From assembly GCA_009908915.1 (NCBI GenBank), contig JAAAOJ010000018.1, positions 6,282-70,281 on the forward strand: DNA of 64,000 nt, read 5' to 3'. The stretch's first letter is position 1. Every line of letters starts with the position of its first letter. This stretch comes from Planctomycetota bacterium. GTDB taxonomy: Bacteria > Planctomycetota > Phycisphaerae > SM23-33. This document shows positions 63,628 to 64,000 of the stretch, in pieces. A program made the position numbers and the translations under genes. The notes under the pieces are model-generated. The model saw only the letters and a list, made by a program, of their open reading frames with translations. It made no database searches and was not told the DNA's origin.

Positions 63628-63975
63628 CTACTTGCGGTTGCGGCGGCGGAGCAGACCCAGGCCGCCCAGGCTCAACAGGGCCATCGTTGCCGGCTCGGGC
63701 ACCTCGTTGCGAGTCGCGTCGAGGTCGATCTCGCCGGTAACCATATCGAGTTCGGCAAACTCCATCTCGTCCGTGCCAAGCTGCTCGTCAGTGAGTTGCA
63801 GCGACCAGTCGTCATTGACGGCGTAGCTGGGCGTGTCGCTGACGCGGTGGGTTTCGATCCGGATCGGGCGGTCGCCGCCACTGACGTACAGGGCTGCGGA
63901 CGTCGCGACCAGGCCGATGGTTGCAATGATGCTGATTAGTCCGATCACCGTGATTCGCTTCTTGTTTCGTTTCAT
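63628..63975 (-). CDS. PEP-CTERM sorting domain-containing protein
   Basis: 115 aa. N-terminal signal/TM, C-terminal VPEPATMALLSLGGLGLLRRRNRK (PEP motif, TM and basic tail). Confidence 0.85.
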   Translation of the reverse strand: MKRNKKRITVIGLISIIATIGLVATSAALYVSGGDRPIRIETHRVSDTPSYAVNDDWSLQLTDEQLGTDEMEFAELDMVTGEIDLDATRNEVPEPATMALLSLGGLGLLRRRNRK

Positions 63976-64000
63976 CGTCAGGCTCCTCGGTGACAGGTTT

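Overview
GC-rich (about two-thirds G+C by eye) bacterial chromosomal segment, densely coding on both strands. The gene content suggests a Planctomycetota/PVC-type organism, which is inference only: a PEP-CTERM protein, two sensor SpoIIE/PP2C phosphatases, HEAT and TPR proteins, IVS-type four-helix-bundle and GxxExxY genes, an oversized Lnt, and an N-terminally extended Rho. Supported content is as follows. Housekeeping genes: UDP-xylose synthase, tatC/tatA, Zn-ADH, etfB/etfA plus a GlcD-like FAD oxidase, rpoN, tRNA-Asp(GTC), a FolM-like SDR with folB and folK, mreB, lnt, rho, coaE, gluQ and hisD/hisC/hisB. One minus-strand flagellar export-gate operon (21.1-29.7 kb): a FliF/FliG-like fusion, a FliJ-like gene, fliO/P/Q/R, flhB, flhA and fliA, preceded by a MerR-type regulator. 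Also present are two tandem paralogous secreted repeat proteins and a DUF3524 (queuosine-tRNA mannosyltransferase-like) glycosyltransferase. The most notable observations are: (1) the first gene of the flagellar operon is a single ORF joining a miniaturised FliF/SctJ-type ring module to FliG-like domains, and the FliG part lacks the EHPQ and torque-helix charge motifs; (2) FlhB has APGG in place of the NPTH autocleavage site; (3) a sigma-54 -24/-12 element lies exactly over a sigma-70-type promoter upstream of rpoN; (4) several families of intergenic repeats occur, including a ~150-200 nt MITE-like element (4 long and 2 short copies) with CTAG termini that supply stop codons of neighbouring genes and with compensatory changes in internal hairpins, and a separate 124-bp MITE with a target duplication that interrupts a four-helix-bundle gene between etfB and etfA; (5) a 155-bp tandem duplication starts inside the 3' end of tRNA-Asp. 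No rRNA, CRISPR array, transposase, integrase or phage genes were seen. Many long ORFs in the supplied track are antisense or out-of-frame shadows typical of high-GC DNA and are not called. All homology statements rest on motif recognition by eye. No database search was run.
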